A stretch of DNA of 64,000 nucleotides from Candidatus Methylomirabilota bacterium (GTDB lineage: Bacteria > Methylomirabilota > Methylomirabilia > Rokubacteriales > CSP1-6). Location of the stretch: the NCBI GenBank assembly GCA_036002485.1, contig DASYTI010000019.1, forward strand, positions 11,990 through 75,989, written 5' to 3'. Below are positions 1-10,829 of this stretch, one piece after another. Each line of letters opens with the position of its first letter. Positions within the stretch are counted from its first letter, which is position 1. Position numbers and translations under genes: made by a program. The notes beneath the pieces are model-generated. The model saw only the letters and a list, made by a program, of their open reading frames with translations. It had not been told where the DNA came from and searched no databases.

Positions 1-1
1 T

Positions 2-385
2 CCAGTACCAGCCGATCACGCTGACGCCCGAGGGATACGCCCAGGGGAGGAAGATGGCCAGGAAGACGAGGGCGCGGCCCCGGAACGGCCGGGCGAGGAG
101 CAGGGCGAAGCCGAGTCCGAGAGCCAGTTTCGCGGCGCTCGTGACCACCGTGTAGACGACGGTGACAGCCGTCGCGCGCCAGAACTGGGCGTCGCCAAAC
201 TGCCGCCGGTAGTTCTCCGACCCGACGAAGGCGGTGCCGCCCTCTTGGAGCGGTGACAAGCTGGTGAAGCTCGTCCAGATCTCCCAGCCGAGCGGATAGG
301 CCAGCACCGTGAGGAGCAGGAGCACAGCGGGCGACATGAGCAGATAGGCAGTTCGGATATCGCGCTGACGCTGCGTTCGCCTCAT
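2..385 (-). CDS. Carbohydrate ABC transporter permease (MalF/UgpA-like), N-terminal fragment; the gene runs off the window start
   Basis: Minus-strand ATG near 383-385 opens MRRTQRQRDIRTAYLLMSPAVLLLLTVLAYPLGWEIWTSF..., a typical N-terminus of a sugar ABC permease. There is no stop before position 1. It is absent from the ORF track because it is truncated by the window edge. Confidence 0.45.
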   Translation of the reverse strand, partial: MRRTQRQRDIRTAYLLMSPAVLLLLTVLAYPLGWEIWTSFTSLSPLQEGGTAFVGSENYRRQFGDAQFWRATAVTVVYTVVTSAAKLALGLGFALLLARPFRGRALVFLAIFLPWAYPSGVSVIGWYW

Positions 386-493
386 GGTCGCCCGGACCAT
401 ACCTCGGCTCCGACCTCTAGAGCACCAGGAGGGTAAGCACGAGCGCGCCCCGGAGGGCGCGCTCGGCGAGACGTATCACGGTGGGCCAGGTGC

Positions 494-1588
<1,095 letters not shown>

Positions 1589-1697
1589 GGGCGACCTCAC
1601 TCGTTGAGCCGGGATTGGTGGCTACCGCGGGCGGGGCCCGGAAGCCCGCGCGCAGGATACTAGCATAGTTAGGCGATTGTGGGTATCAGTCCCCTGG

Positions 1698-2549
1698 CTA
1701 CCCCTTGACGGAGCCGGTCAGGCCCGTGACGTAGTACTCCACGAAGAACGAGTACACCACGGCCACCGGGATCGAGCCCAGCAGCGCGCCGGCCATGAGC
1801 TGCCCCCAGAAATAGATGTCCCCGCGGATCATCTCCGACACCACACCCACGGGGACCGTCTTCTTTTCCGGCGACGAGAGGAATACGAGCGCGTAGATGA
1901 ACTCGTTCCAGGACAGCGTGAAGGCGAAGATGCCCGCCGAAAGGATGCCGGGGACGGCGATCGGGAAGATGATCCTGATCATGGCCCCGAAGCGCGTCGC
2001 GCCGTCGATGCGCGCGCACTCCTCCAGCTCCTTCGGGATGGTCTTGAAGTAGGCCATCAGGAGCCAGGTGCAGAACGGGATCAGGAAGGTCGGATAGGTC
2101 AGGATGAGCGCCCACGGCGTGTCGCCCAGCTGGAAGGCACGGATGATGTTGGCGAGGGGGATGAACAGGAGCGTCGGCGGCACGAGATAGGTCACGAAGA
2201 TCGCCGTGCCGAGGGTGCCGGCCATCGGGAACTTGAGCCGGCCGAGCGCGTAGCCGGCCAGGAGCCCGCAGAAGAGCGAGATGGCCGTGGACGCGCAGGC
2301 TATGAAGAACGTGTTCCAGAGCCAGTGCGGGAAGGTAGTCTTGGCGAAGAGGTCCTGGAAGTGCTCGAGCGTCGGGTGGAGCGTCCAGAAGGGCGCGTTG
2401 TTGGCCGCCCGCCAGGACCGGTAGAGCTCGGAGTCGGGGCGGATGGCCGTGATCAGCATCCAATAGAAGGGGAAGAGCGTCCCGATCACGAAGACCGTGA
2501 GGGGGATATAGAAGTACACCCACCGCTTCCACTTCTTCTCGATGACCAA
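1698..2549 (-). CDS. Carbohydrate ABC transporter permease (MalG/UgpE-like)
   Basis: 283 aa, 6 TM, with the EAA-loop motif region (ARIDGATRFGAMIRIIFP) typical of binding-protein-dependent permeases. Confidence 0.88.
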   Translation of the reverse strand: MVIEKKWKRWVYFYIPLTVFVIGTLFPFYWMLITAIRPDSELYRSWRAANNAPFWTLHPTLEHFQDLFAKTTFPHWLWNTFFIACASTAISLFCGLLAGYALGRLKFPMAGTLGTAIFVTYLVPPTLLFIPLANIIRAFQLGDTPWALILTYPTFLIPFCTWLLMAYFKTIPKELEECARIDGATRFGAMIRIIFPIAVPGILSAGIFAFTLSWNEFIYALVFLSSPEKKTVPVGVVSEMIRGDIYFWGQLMAGALLGSIPVAVVYSFFVEYYVTGLTGSVKG

Positions 2550-2552
2550 GTG

Positions 2553-3521
2553 CTAAGCCCCCTCGAGCCTGCGGACGTACCGGAGCTGGAGCCAGACCAC
2601 GATGAAGAGGACCGGGAGCATGAAGAGCGAGATCGCGGCGCCCTCGCCCAGGAGGCCCGTGGCGATGCCGATCTGGTAGGCGTAGGTCGCGAGGAGGTGC
2701 GTGGCGTTGGCCGGGCCGCCGCCCGTCAGCACGTAGATAAGCTGGAAGTCGGAAAAGGTCTGGATGATCGAGAACACCACCACGACCACGGTGACGGGCT
2801 TGAGAAGGGGCCAGGTCACGTGCCAGAAGCGGTACCAGCCGTTGGCGCCGTCGAGCGAGGCCGCCTCCTGAAGGTCCGGGCTGATGGTCTGCAGCCCGGC
2901 CAGCAGCGTGAGGGCGAAGAAGGGCATGCCGCGCCAGGTATTGACGACGATCGCGCACCACATGCCGTATGTGCCATCAGAGAGGAAGGGCAGCTTGGTC
3001 GTAATGAAGCCGGTCTGGTAGAGAAGCCAGTTGAGCACGCTGAAGGTTGGATCGAACATCCAGCGCCACGCGAAGGTGCTGAGCACGGTCGGCACGATGA
3101 AGGGCAGGAGCATGGTCGCCCGCACGATGCGCTTGCCGCGGAAGCTGCGGTTGAGCAGGAGGGCGAGCCACATCCCGAGAGCCAGCTTGAAGATGGTGGC
3201 CCAGAACGTGTAGAAGAACGTGTTCCCGAAGGCCGTCCGGAAGATCGAGTCATTCCACGCCTTGACGAAGTTGCGAAACCAGACGAACTCGCCGACATTG
3301 CCCACGCTGGTGTTCGACAGCGACAGCCATACCCCCATGACGAATGGATAGGCGATGAACAGCCCGAGCAGGAGAACCGCCGGGGCGAGCAGGAGCGTGG
3401 CGAGCAGGCGCTCGCTCTCGAGCCAGCGGGTCATGCGCCCGGGGCTGGACGCCCCCGCCCGGGGCAGCGCCGTGGCGATCCCCGCGGTGCCCCCAGATCC
3501 TCCGGCGATCGGTTCCTTCAA
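2553..3521 (-). CDS. Carbohydrate ABC transporter permease (MalF/UgpA-like)
   Basis: 322 aa multi-TM permease with EAA loop (EAASLDGANGWYRFWHVTWP). 3 bp from the downstream permease. Confidence 0.85.
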   Translation of the reverse strand: MKEPIAGGSGGTAGIATALPRAGASSPGRMTRWLESERLLATLLLAPAVLLLGLFIAYPFVMGVWLSLSNTSVGNVGEFVWFRNFVKAWNDSIFRTAFGNTFFYTFWATIFKLALGMWLALLLNRSFRGKRIVRATMLLPFIVPTVLSTFAWRWMFDPTFSVLNWLLYQTGFITTKLPFLSDGTYGMWCAIVVNTWRGMPFFALTLLAGLQTISPDLQEAASLDGANGWYRFWHVTWPLLKPVTVVVVVFSIIQTFSDFQLIYVLTGGGPANATHLLATYAYQIGIATGLLGEGAAISLFMLPVLFIVVWLQLRYVRRLEGA

Positions 3522-3525
3522 CCGA

Positions 3526-4881
3526 CTACCCGTAGATCTTCCCTAGCTCGTCCGCCGCCCACTTGACCGCGTCCTCGGCCTTGGTGCCCTGGCAGGCCTT
3601 GGCGTACATGTCGGTCAGGATGTACTTCGAGTAGACCTCGGTGGCCCGGGCCGACGGCGGCCCCGCGTAGCCGATCATCCGCGAGGCGGCGGCGGCCTGG
3701 CGGTAGATTCTCATCGGCGCGTCAATGGTGTTCCACATCGGACTCTGCTCCCAGTACTTCGTCGAGCCGACCGAGAAGCCGTCGGCGACGAGGAACCATT
3801 TGCCGAACTGCTCCTTGCCGTGGAGCCACTTGAGGAAGTCCTTGGCGAGCTTCGGGTTCTTGCCGTACTTCATCACGGCATGAGAGAAGGCCACGTGGTA
3901 CGCCCACGTCCCCGCCGGCCCGTTCGGGATGGGCCCATGCTGGATGTCCTTGACCATGGGCTCGCCCTTTTCGTCCTTGATCTTGTCCTGGCCCCGCTTG
4001 GCCGCGATGTAGATGCTGGCCCCGTTGAGGGTGGCCGCGATCTCGCCGGAGAGGAAGGCCCGGTTGTTGCTCGTGTCGTCCCAGGCGAAGCCGCCCTCGT
4101 CGCAGGCGTCCTTCCAGAAGGCCTGCATGAACTTGACCGCCTCGACGGTCTCCTTGCTGTTCAGCACGACCTTCTTGCCGGGTTTGTCCACTTCCGCGCC
4201 GCCGAAACCCCAGGTGAGGGGATAGGCCCAGGCCGGAGCGTCACCGAAGGTGTGGCCGAGCGTCTGGCCGATGGGGTGGCCCTTCTTCTTGAGCTTCATC
4301 CCGACCTGGCGCAGCTCGTCGAGGGTCTTCGGCCACGACGTCTGGCCCACCTCGTCGAACCACGACTTCCGGTAGGCGAACTGGAGCCCCACGATGCCGT
4401 GGGGCAGGGCGAGCCAGCGCTTGCCGTCCTTGGCGGCCGCCTCGGACTGGGCGTAGTAGCCGCCCTGGTCCTTGCCCTGCCACTCGCCCAGATCGGTCAC
4501 GTCCACGAGGCCGTTCTGGTAGAGGTGCGGCCAGTTGTGCAGCATCTGGATGATGTCCGGTCCCGCCCCCGACTGCATGGCGGCGGTGATGCGTGGCTGC
4601 AGGTCGTTGCCGTTGATGAACTCGAAGACGACCTCGGCGCCGAGCGCCTTCGAGGCCTCGGGCGCCTGGCGCTTGAGCTCTATGTCGCAGGCGGGGATGA
4701 AGTCGACCCAGCGCAAGATATTGAGCCGCGTCCCCTGCGCGAAGGCCGGCGCGCGGCGCGCCGCGAGTATTCCCTCGATACCGGTGGCCGCCATCCCCAC
4801 CGCAGCCGACCCCGCGATGAACCGTCGACGCGTCACGCCGGACGTTACGCCGTGCCCATCGAGTTCTGGATTTTGCATCAT
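3526..4881 (-). CDS. ABC transporter extracellular solute-binding protein (family 1, sugar-type), Tat signal
   Basis: MMQNPELDG..VTRRRFIAGSAAVGMAATG twin-arginine signal. AAGGAG RBS 6 nt upstream of the ATG at 4881. SBP-family fold throughout. Confidence 0.85.
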   Translation of the reverse strand: MMQNPELDGHGVTSGVTRRRFIAGSAAVGMAATGIEGILAARRAPAFAQGTRLNILRWVDFIPACDIELKRQAPEASKALGAEVVFEFINGNDLQPRITAAMQSGAGPDIIQMLHNWPHLYQNGLVDVTDLGEWQGKDQGGYYAQSEAAAKDGKRWLALPHGIVGLQFAYRKSWFDEVGQTSWPKTLDELRQVGMKLKKKGHPIGQTLGHTFGDAPAWAYPLTWGFGGAEVDKPGKKVVLNSKETVEAVKFMQAFWKDACDEGGFAWDDTSNNRAFLSGEIAATLNGASIYIAAKRGQDKIKDEKGEPMVKDIQHGPIPNGPAGTWAYHVAFSHAVMKYGKNPKLAKDFLKWLHGKEQFGKWFLVADGFSVGSTKYWEQSPMWNTIDAPMRIYRQAAAASRMIGYAGPPSARATEVYSKYILTDMYAKACQGTKAEDAVKWAADELGKIYG

Positions 4882-4957
4882 CGCTCCTTGCCACGCCTCG
4901 CGGCGCTCTTGACCTGCCCCCGTTCGAGCGCCGACTCTGCCGGCGCAATCCGCTCTT

Positions 4958-4998
4958 GGGGGGAGGCTTCGGAAGGGGGGCAAAGCCCCCCTCCGAGT
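4958..4998. repeat. GC-rich palindromic hairpin repeat (REP-like), copy 1
   Basis: tggggggaggcttcggaaggggggcaaagcccccctccgagtt. Directly abuts the stop codon of the minus-strand SBP gene. Near-identical copy at 62019..62060. Confidence 0.7.
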
Positions 4999-6357
4999 TT
5001 AAACTTCATAGATTTTCTTCAGCTCGCCTTCCGCCCACTTCACGGCATCCTCGGCCTTCGTGCCCTGACAGGCCTTCGCGTACATATCGACGATGATGTA
5101 CTTCGTGTAGGACTCCGTGGCCTTGGCCGAGGCGGGGCCGGGATAACCCAGCATCCGGGTCTGGCGCGCCGCCTGGCGGAAGACCTGCAGGGGCTTGTCG
5201 ACCCGGCTCCACATCGGATCATCCTCCCAGGCCTTGGTGGCGCCGACGGTATAGCCCTCGTTCACCTGGAACCACTTCCCGTAGTTCTCCTTCTGGTGCA
5301 TCCACTTGAGGAGTTCCTTGGCCGCCTTCTGGTTCTTCGAGTATTTCATGATCGAGTGCTGGAAGGCGCCGTACAGCGCGAATTGCCCGCCCGGCCCCTT
5401 GGGAAGCAGCGCCTCGTGCTCGATGTCCTGGTACAGGGGCTCGCCCTTCTCGTCCTTGAGCTTGTCCTTCTGCCGCTTGGCCACGATGTAGATGGAGGCG
5501 CCGTTGAGGGTGGCGGAGATGTCGCCGGAGTGGAAGGCGCGGTTGTTGTTCGTGTCGTCCCAGGCCAGCCCGCCTTCGTCGCAGGCGTCCTTCCAGAAGG
5601 CCTGCATGAACTTCACCGACTCGATGGCGCCCTTGCTGTTGATGACGACCTTCTTGCCGGTCTTGTCCACCTCGGCGCCCCCGAAATCCCAGAGGAGGGG
5701 ATAGGCGAAGGTCGGCGGATCGCCGAAGCTGTGGCCGAGGGCCTGGCCCACCGGCTTGCCCTTGGCCTTGAGCTTCTTGCCCACCTCGCGCCACTCGTCC
5801 CAGGTCTTCGGGAACTCCTTGACGCCGATCTCGGCGTGCCAGGACCGGCGGTAGGCGATGGCGTTGCCACCTGTGCCGTGCGGAACGGCCAGCCAGCGAT
5901 TGCCGACCTTCGCGGTGCTGGAGAACACATCGTAGTAGCCGCCCTGCGCCTTGCCGATGGGCTCGGCCACGTCCGAGACGTCCACCAGGCCGTTGGCATA
6001 GAGATGCGGCCAGTTCCAGAGCATCTGGATGATGTCGGCGCCGCTGCCGGACTGGATGGCGGCGGTGATGCGGGCCTGCAGATCATTGGCATTGATGAAC
6101 TCGAACGTGACCTCGGCCCCGAGCGCTTTCGAGGCCTCCGGCGCCTGGCGCTTGAGCTCCACGTCCGCCTCGGGAATGAAGTCCACCCAGCGCAGGATGT
6201 GCACCTTCGTGCCCTGGGCGAAGGCCGGCGCGCGCCGCGCGGCCAGAATGCCCTCGAGCCCCGCGGCTGCGAGGCCCGCCGCGGCGGACCCCGCGATGAA
6301 CCGTCGACGCGTCACGCCGGGAATTGCCGTCTGCCCATCGAGCCCTGGAGTCGTCAT
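4999..6357 (-). CDS. ABC transporter extracellular solute-binding protein, tandem paralog of 3526..4881, Tat signal
   Basis: 452 aa, roughly 65-70% identical to the downstream SBP along its full length (VTRRRFIAGSAAAGLAAAG..., FMQAFWKDACDEGG..., DMYAKACQGTKAEDAVKWA). Confidence 0.85.
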   Translation of the reverse strand: MTTPGLDGQTAIPGVTRRRFIAGSAAAGLAAAGLEGILAARRAPAFAQGTKVHILRWVDFIPEADVELKRQAPEASKALGAEVTFEFINANDLQARITAAIQSGSGADIIQMLWNWPHLYANGLVDVSDVAEPIGKAQGGYYDVFSSTAKVGNRWLAVPHGTGGNAIAYRRSWHAEIGVKEFPKTWDEWREVGKKLKAKGKPVGQALGHSFGDPPTFAYPLLWDFGGAEVDKTGKKVVINSKGAIESVKFMQAFWKDACDEGGLAWDDTNNNRAFHSGDISATLNGASIYIVAKRQKDKLKDEKGEPLYQDIEHEALLPKGPGGQFALYGAFQHSIMKYSKNQKAAKELLKWMHQKENYGKWFQVNEGYTVGATKAWEDDPMWSRVDKPLQVFRQAARQTRMLGYPGPASAKATESYTKYIIVDMYAKACQGTKAEDAVKWAEGELKKIYEV

Positions 6358-6580
6358 CGACCCTCCTCGTCACGCCTGGCGGCGTTCCTCACTGGTCAGC
6401 GTTCGAGCGCCGGATCCGCCGGCGCAACCCGTTTCGAGGCAGTTCTCCTGAACTGGTGAAACCTTGAATGGTCTTGGGGGCATCAAGTGATCTCGAAGTG
6501 GTGAGAAATCCGGCACAAATCGTGTCGCATTTCTAGCAGGAAAAGCGCGCAGTGTCAACGGCGATCGGGCCTCGCCGCCC

Positions 6581-7792
6581 TCATGCAGGATGGCCCGCCG
6601 CGTCAAGCCGCCTCGATCCCGCGGTGGGATGTCGAAGACTCATGGCAAGCACGAAGGCCATCCCCCCGATCACGCTCGAAGCAATGAAGAGCCATGCGTA
6701 CGAGCCCAGCGTGTCGTGGATGGCTCCGCCCGCATAGGAGCCCAGGCCCATCCCGATGCAGGAGATGAAGAAGATGAAGCCGTAGGCAGTGCCCACGCCG
6801 CGCTCGCCAAAGTACTCGCGCGTGAGGACGGCGTAGAGCGGCATCGCGCTGCCGTAAGCGAAGCCGAAGATACCCGCGAGACCGTAGACGGACTCCTGAC
6901 TGCGCGCGAAGAGATACAGGAAGATCACGCCCGCCTGAAGCGCCAGGGCCGCCAGCATCGTGCGCTTGACCCCGACGCGGTCGGCGACGATCCCCGTCCC
7001 CACCCGGCCGAAAATGGACGTGAAACCCGAGAGGCCGAGCGCGCTGGCCGCGGCCAGGGCGGGCACTCCTTGGTCGATGGCGTGGGAGACCATGTGGAAG
7101 ATCGGTCCCGAGTGCGCGGCACAGCATCCGAAGTGAGTGAACACGATGGCCCAGAAGGGCCAGCGCGTGAAGACGCTCCGCGCCTCGGCGGCGCCGGCGA
7201 CCATGTGGGGCGCCTGGGCGATGCCGTCGGCGCGGTCTCTCAGAAGCAAGGCGGCGGGAATGACCACGAGGGCCGAGACCTCGGCGAGCACGACGAAGGC
7301 CGTCCGCCAGTCGAAGGAGTCGATGAGCCAGCGCGACAGGGGCGAGAGGGCGAGGGTGCCCAGCCCATTGCCGGAGGACACGACGGCCGCCGCCATGCCT
7401 CGTCGCGTCTCGAACCAGCGAATCACGGTTACGGTCAGCGGGACGTAGAAGCAGCTGACCCCCGCTCCCACGAGGACGCCGAAGGTCAGATAGAACTGCC
7501 ACAGATCGCTCACGCGACTCGAGAGGAAGAGTCCCGTGGTCAGCAGCACCCCGCCCGAGAGCACGACCACGCGTCCACCCAGGCGGTCCGAGAGGTATCC
7601 GGAGGCGAACGAGCCGAGGCCCATGACCAGCCAGTTGAGCAGCGCGATCGTGCCGACGCTCGAGCGCGTCCAGCCCATCGAGGTCTCGAGCGGCTGCTGG
7701 AAGACGGCCAGCGTGAACAGGGTGCCGATGGCCATGGTGATGATGGCGAAGGCCGCGCCCAGCACGACCCAACCATAGGACTTGTCGGTCAC
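6581..7792 (-). CDS. MFS transporter
   Basis: 12-TM MFS sequence (VTDKSYGWVVLGAAF...SGYLSDRLGGR...). GTG start overlaps the TGA of the upstream MFS gene (GTGA). The N-terminal 172 codons of the track ORF are Arg/Gly-rich and non-coding-like. Confidence 0.75.
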   Translation of the reverse strand: MTDKSYGWVVLGAAFAIITMAIGTLFTLAVFQQPLETSMGWTRSSVGTIALLNWLVMGLGSFASGYLSDRLGGRVVVLSGGVLLTTGLFLSSRVSDLWQFYLTFGVLVGAGVSCFYVPLTVTVIRWFETRRGMAAAVVSSGNGLGTLALSPLSRWLIDSFDWRTAFVVLAEVSALVVIPAALLLRDRADGIAQAPHMVAGAAEARSVFTRWPFWAIVFTHFGCCAAHSGPIFHMVSHAIDQGVPALAAASALGLSGFTSIFGRVGTGIVADRVGVKRTMLAALALQAGVIFLYLFARSQESVYGLAGIFGFAYGSAMPLYAVLTREYFGERGVGTAYGFIFFISCIGMGLGSYAGGAIHDTLGSYAWLFIASSVIGGMAFVLAMSLRHPTAGSRRLDAAGHPA

Positions 7793-8979
7793 GGGGTCTC
7801 CATGCGTCCTTCGCGGACGGGAATGAGCAGGCACAGGGTGGCGACCATGGCAAGGCCGAGGCCGACCCAGGGTACGGCGAAGCCGCCGAGACGCTCCACG
7901 GCCAGGCCGAAGAGCGGCGGGCACAGCGTGACCCCGCAGGAGGAGACGGCGAGTCCGAGCCCGACCGCGGTGCCCGCCGCCCGGATGCCCACGATCTCGG
8001 CGAGGAGCGTGTGCTGGACGCCGTTCCAGCCGATGCCGACGAACCCGAAGCCGAGGGCGAGCGCGGCGAGCAGCCACCAGCTCGTGCCGGGTCCCGTGCC
8101 CGCCATGGCGAGCGAGCAGGCGGCTGAGCCCAGCCCCGCGATGGCAAGGACGATGCGTCGGCGTCCGCCGAAGACGCGATCCGAAAGCACGCCGAAGGCC
8201 ACCCGGCCCACGGCGCCCGTCACCTGGGCCATGACGAGGAAGCGCGAGGCGGAGATGAGCGGCATCTTGACGATCTCCGCGAGGTAGAGCACGAGGAATC
8301 CCATCCACACCGTCTGCATGCCCGCGAACGTGAAGGTGGCGGCCGACACGAGCCAGAGATCACGGCTAGCCAGGACCACCCGCAGGGCGACCGGCCTCGG
8401 CGAGGCCCTGCCGTGCTCCGGCTCGGGCGCTTCGCGGTAGAGGAACCACGTGATCACGGCGAGGAGGGCCACCACGGAGGCCGCGAGCGCCACGGCGCCG
8501 CGCCAGCCGACACGCAGAGCCAGCGGGGGCAGGAGCGAGGCGCCGATGGCGCCGCCCAGGGGCAGGCCGACCTGCTTGAGGCCCGTCACCGTGCCGCGCT
8601 GGCGCCGTGGGAACCACGCGATGCCCGCCTTGGTCGTGGTCGGGTTCAAGATGCCGTAGCCGACACCCGCGGCGATCATGAGGACGACAAGGGGCGTGAA
8701 GGAGTGCGAGCCCGCCACGGTCACGAGCCCGATGGCGATGAGAGCTTGACCTCCGACCATGCTCGGCCGCACGCCCCAGCGGTCCGCGATCCAGCCGGCG
8801 GGAAGAGACATGAGCGAGGGGCCGATATAGTAGGCGGAGATGAACGAGCCGGCCTGGGCCATGGACAGTCCCAGATCCTCGCGGATGAGCGGGGCAATGG
8901 ACGGGATGCCGAGCGGGCCGACATTGGCCATGGTCTGGGCGGCCATGATGAGAGCGAGGATGCCCCAGCGGCTCGTCAC
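7789..8979 (-). CDS. MFS transporter
   Basis: 396 aa, 12 predicted TM, MFS signature (GWIADRWGVRP, SDRVFGGRRR). GTG start overlaps the kdsB stop by 4 nt. Confidence 0.8.
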   Translation of the reverse strand: MTSRWGILALIMAAQTMANVGPLGIPSIAPLIREDLGLSMAQAGSFISAYYIGPSLMSLPAGWIADRWGVRPSMVGGQALIAIGLVTVAGSHSFTPLVVLMIAAGVGYGILNPTTTKAGIAWFPRRQRGTVTGLKQVGLPLGGAIGASLLPPLALRVGWRGAVALAASVVALLAVITWFLYREAPEPEHGRASPRPVALRVVLASRDLWLVSAATFTFAGMQTVWMGFLVLYLAEIVKMPLISASRFLVMAQVTGAVGRVAFGVLSDRVFGGRRRIVLAIAGLGSAACSLAMAGTGPGTSWWLLAALALGFGFVGIGWNGVQHTLLAEIVGIRAAGTAVGLGLAVSSCGVTLCPPLFGLAVERLGGFAVPWVGLGLAMVATLCLLIPVREGRMETP

Positions 8980-9707
8980 GAGGGGCGCGATGCGACGAGA
9001 GCGATAACGGCCTTGAGGTCCTCCTCGGTGTCCACACCGATGGTGGGCTCGCGAGTCTCGAGCACGCGAATGGGGACTCCATGCTCGAGGAGGCGGAGCT
9101 GCTCCAGCTGCTCCGCCTGCTCCAGGGACGAGGCGGGCAGCGAGTGGTACATCTCGAGCACGGAGCGTCGATAGGCGTACATGCCGATGTGCTTCCAGTA
9201 GGTGATGCCGCCGCCATTGTCCCGATCGAAGGGGATGGGTAGCCGCGAGAAGTAGAGCGCGTCACCGTGCCGGTTCGTCACCACCTTGTTGGCGGTGCGG
9301 GTCGCGACCTCTTCGGGGGTCGCCCGGATCTTGAGGGTGGTCACCTGGACCTCGGGCTCCTTGAGGAAGGGCCGGACCAGCGTCTCGATGTGCCCCGTGG
9401 TCACGAGCGGCTCGTCCCCCTGGATATTGACGTAGACGTCGGCCATCCGCGCGCGCGAGACCTCCCAGAGCCTGTCCGTACCCGAGCGGTGATCCGCCGA
9501 GGTCAGCACGGCGGGCACGTGATGCGTGTGGCAGGCCTCGACGACCTCCTCGCTGTCGGTGGCCACCAGGAGGTCCGAGAGCATCCGGCAGGCCTGAGCG
9601 CGCTGGAACACGTAGACCACCATGGGCAGGCCGCCGATCTCGCGGAGGACCTTGCGGGGCAGGCGGGTCGACTGAAGCCGCGCGGGGATGACGCCGAGGA
9701 TATTCAC
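8976..9707 (-). CDS. kdsB: 3-deoxy-manno-octulosonate cytidylyltransferase (CMP-KDO synthetase)
   Basis: MNILGVIPARLQSTRLPRKVL...IQGDEPL is the canonical KdsB N-terminus with catalytic motifs. Confidence 0.9.
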   Translation of the reverse strand: MNILGVIPARLQSTRLPRKVLREIGGLPMVVYVFQRAQACRMLSDLLVATDSEEVVEACHTHHVPAVLTSADHRSGTDRLWEVSRARMADVYVNIQGDEPLVTTGHIETLVRPFLKEPEVQVTTLKIRATPEEVATRTANKVVTNRHGDALYFSRLPIPFDRDNGGGITYWKHIGMYAYRRSVLEMYHSLPASSLEQAEQLEQLRLLEHGVPIRVLETREPTIGVDTEEDLKAVIALVASRPS

Positions 9708-9897
9708 GCCGCTAGGCTAGCAGAAATCTTGGGGGCCGACAGAAAACGCGAGGGCTATCAGAAAGCGCGCGGCGCTGAAGGCTGCGTCCGTTCTCAGTCA
9801 CGGCCGGCCCGGGCCGATCGCTTCTGGGAGCCTTGTCAGAAGGATCTGGTCGTAGCGCTCTTTCCCTACGGCGTTGTTTGCCTCCCCCGCGGCCCGT

Positions 9898-10821
9898 TCA
9901 GCCCACCAGCCGTCCCCCACCCCCGCGCAGGCGGGGATCCAGGAGGTCGCGCAACGCGTCGCCGAACATGTTGAAGCCGAAGACGGCGAGGGAGATCGCC
10001 GCTCCCGGGAACAGCGCCATCCACGGCGCGTGGAACATGAACGAGCGGCCCGAGCCCGAGAGCATCCCACCCCACGACGGATACGGCGGGGGAATGCCGA
10101 AGCCGAGGAATGAGAGCGCGGACTCGGCCAGGATGACCGTGCCCAGCCCGATGGTGGCCAGGATGATGATGGTGGCCATCACGTTGGGAAGCACGTGGCG
10201 CAGGATCACGCGGGCGTGCCCGGCGCCGAGGGCGCGAGCCGCCTCAACGTAGGGGTTCTGCATGGTTGACAGCGCGGTCCCGCGGATCACGCGGGAGGTG
10301 CCCGCGGCGATGAGAATCGATAGCGCGAGGATCAGGTTCAGGAGGCCGGGCCCGAGGGCAGCCAGCAGCGAGAGGACGATCACCAGCGGGGGGAAGGACA
10401 TCCAGGCGTCGACCACGCGCTGGACCACGATGTCGTAGGCGCCGCCGAGATACGCGCTCGACACCCCGATGACGGCGGCGAGCAGCGTCGCCAGGGCGAC
10501 GGTGGCGAACCCGACGGTCACCGAGATCCGCGCGCCGTAGACCACGCGGCTCCAGACGTCTCGCCCGATATTGTCGGTGCCCATCCAGTACTGGACGCTG
10601 GGCGGCTTCATGCGGGCGCCGCGGACCGACTCGTCGTACGGGTAGGGCGCGATGCGATCGGCGAAGGCGGCCATCACGAGCAGGCCGACGACGATGACGG
10701 CGCCGATGGCGCCGAGCGGCTTGCGGCGGCAGAACCGGAGGAACCCCGCGAGGGCGCCGGGCAGCCTGAGCGGCCGGGACAACGTCTCGGGGACCGGAAT
10801 GCTCTCGACCGAGTTGGCCAT
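9898..10821 (-). CDS. Peptide/nickel-type ABC transporter permease (DppC/OppC-like)
   Basis: Real start MANSVESIP at 10821. Permease fold with EAA region (EAARALGAGHARVILRHVLPN). The upstream 236 codons of the track ORF are a GC-rich spurious extension. Confidence 0.85.
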   Translation of the reverse strand: MANSVESIPVPETLSRPLRLPGALAGFLRFCRRKPLGAIGAVIVVGLLVMAAFADRIAPYPYDESVRGARMKPPSVQYWMGTDNIGRDVWSRVVYGARISVTVGFATVALATLLAAVIGVSSAYLGGAYDIVVQRVVDAWMSFPPLVIVLSLLAALGPGLLNLILALSILIAAGTSRVIRGTALSTMQNPYVEAARALGAGHARVILRHVLPNVMATIIILATIGLGTVILAESALSFLGFGIPPPYPSWGGMLSGSGRSFMFHAPWMALFPGAAISLAVFGFNMFGDALRDLLDPRLRGGGGRLVG

Positions 10822-10829
10822 CGAGCGCC

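Noticed and set aside
3820-6459. Very long plus-strand ORF (879 aa)
   Set aside because: It lies antisense to the two well-supported SBP genes. Arg/Gly/Ala/Pro-rich low-complexity translation is typical of shadow ORFs in high-GC DNA. No recognisable domains.
6590-8287. 565-aa plus-strand ORF and 6603..8147 minus-strand alternative-frame ORF
   Set aside because: They overlap the two MFS genes, which show proper TM periodicity. These are frame shadows.
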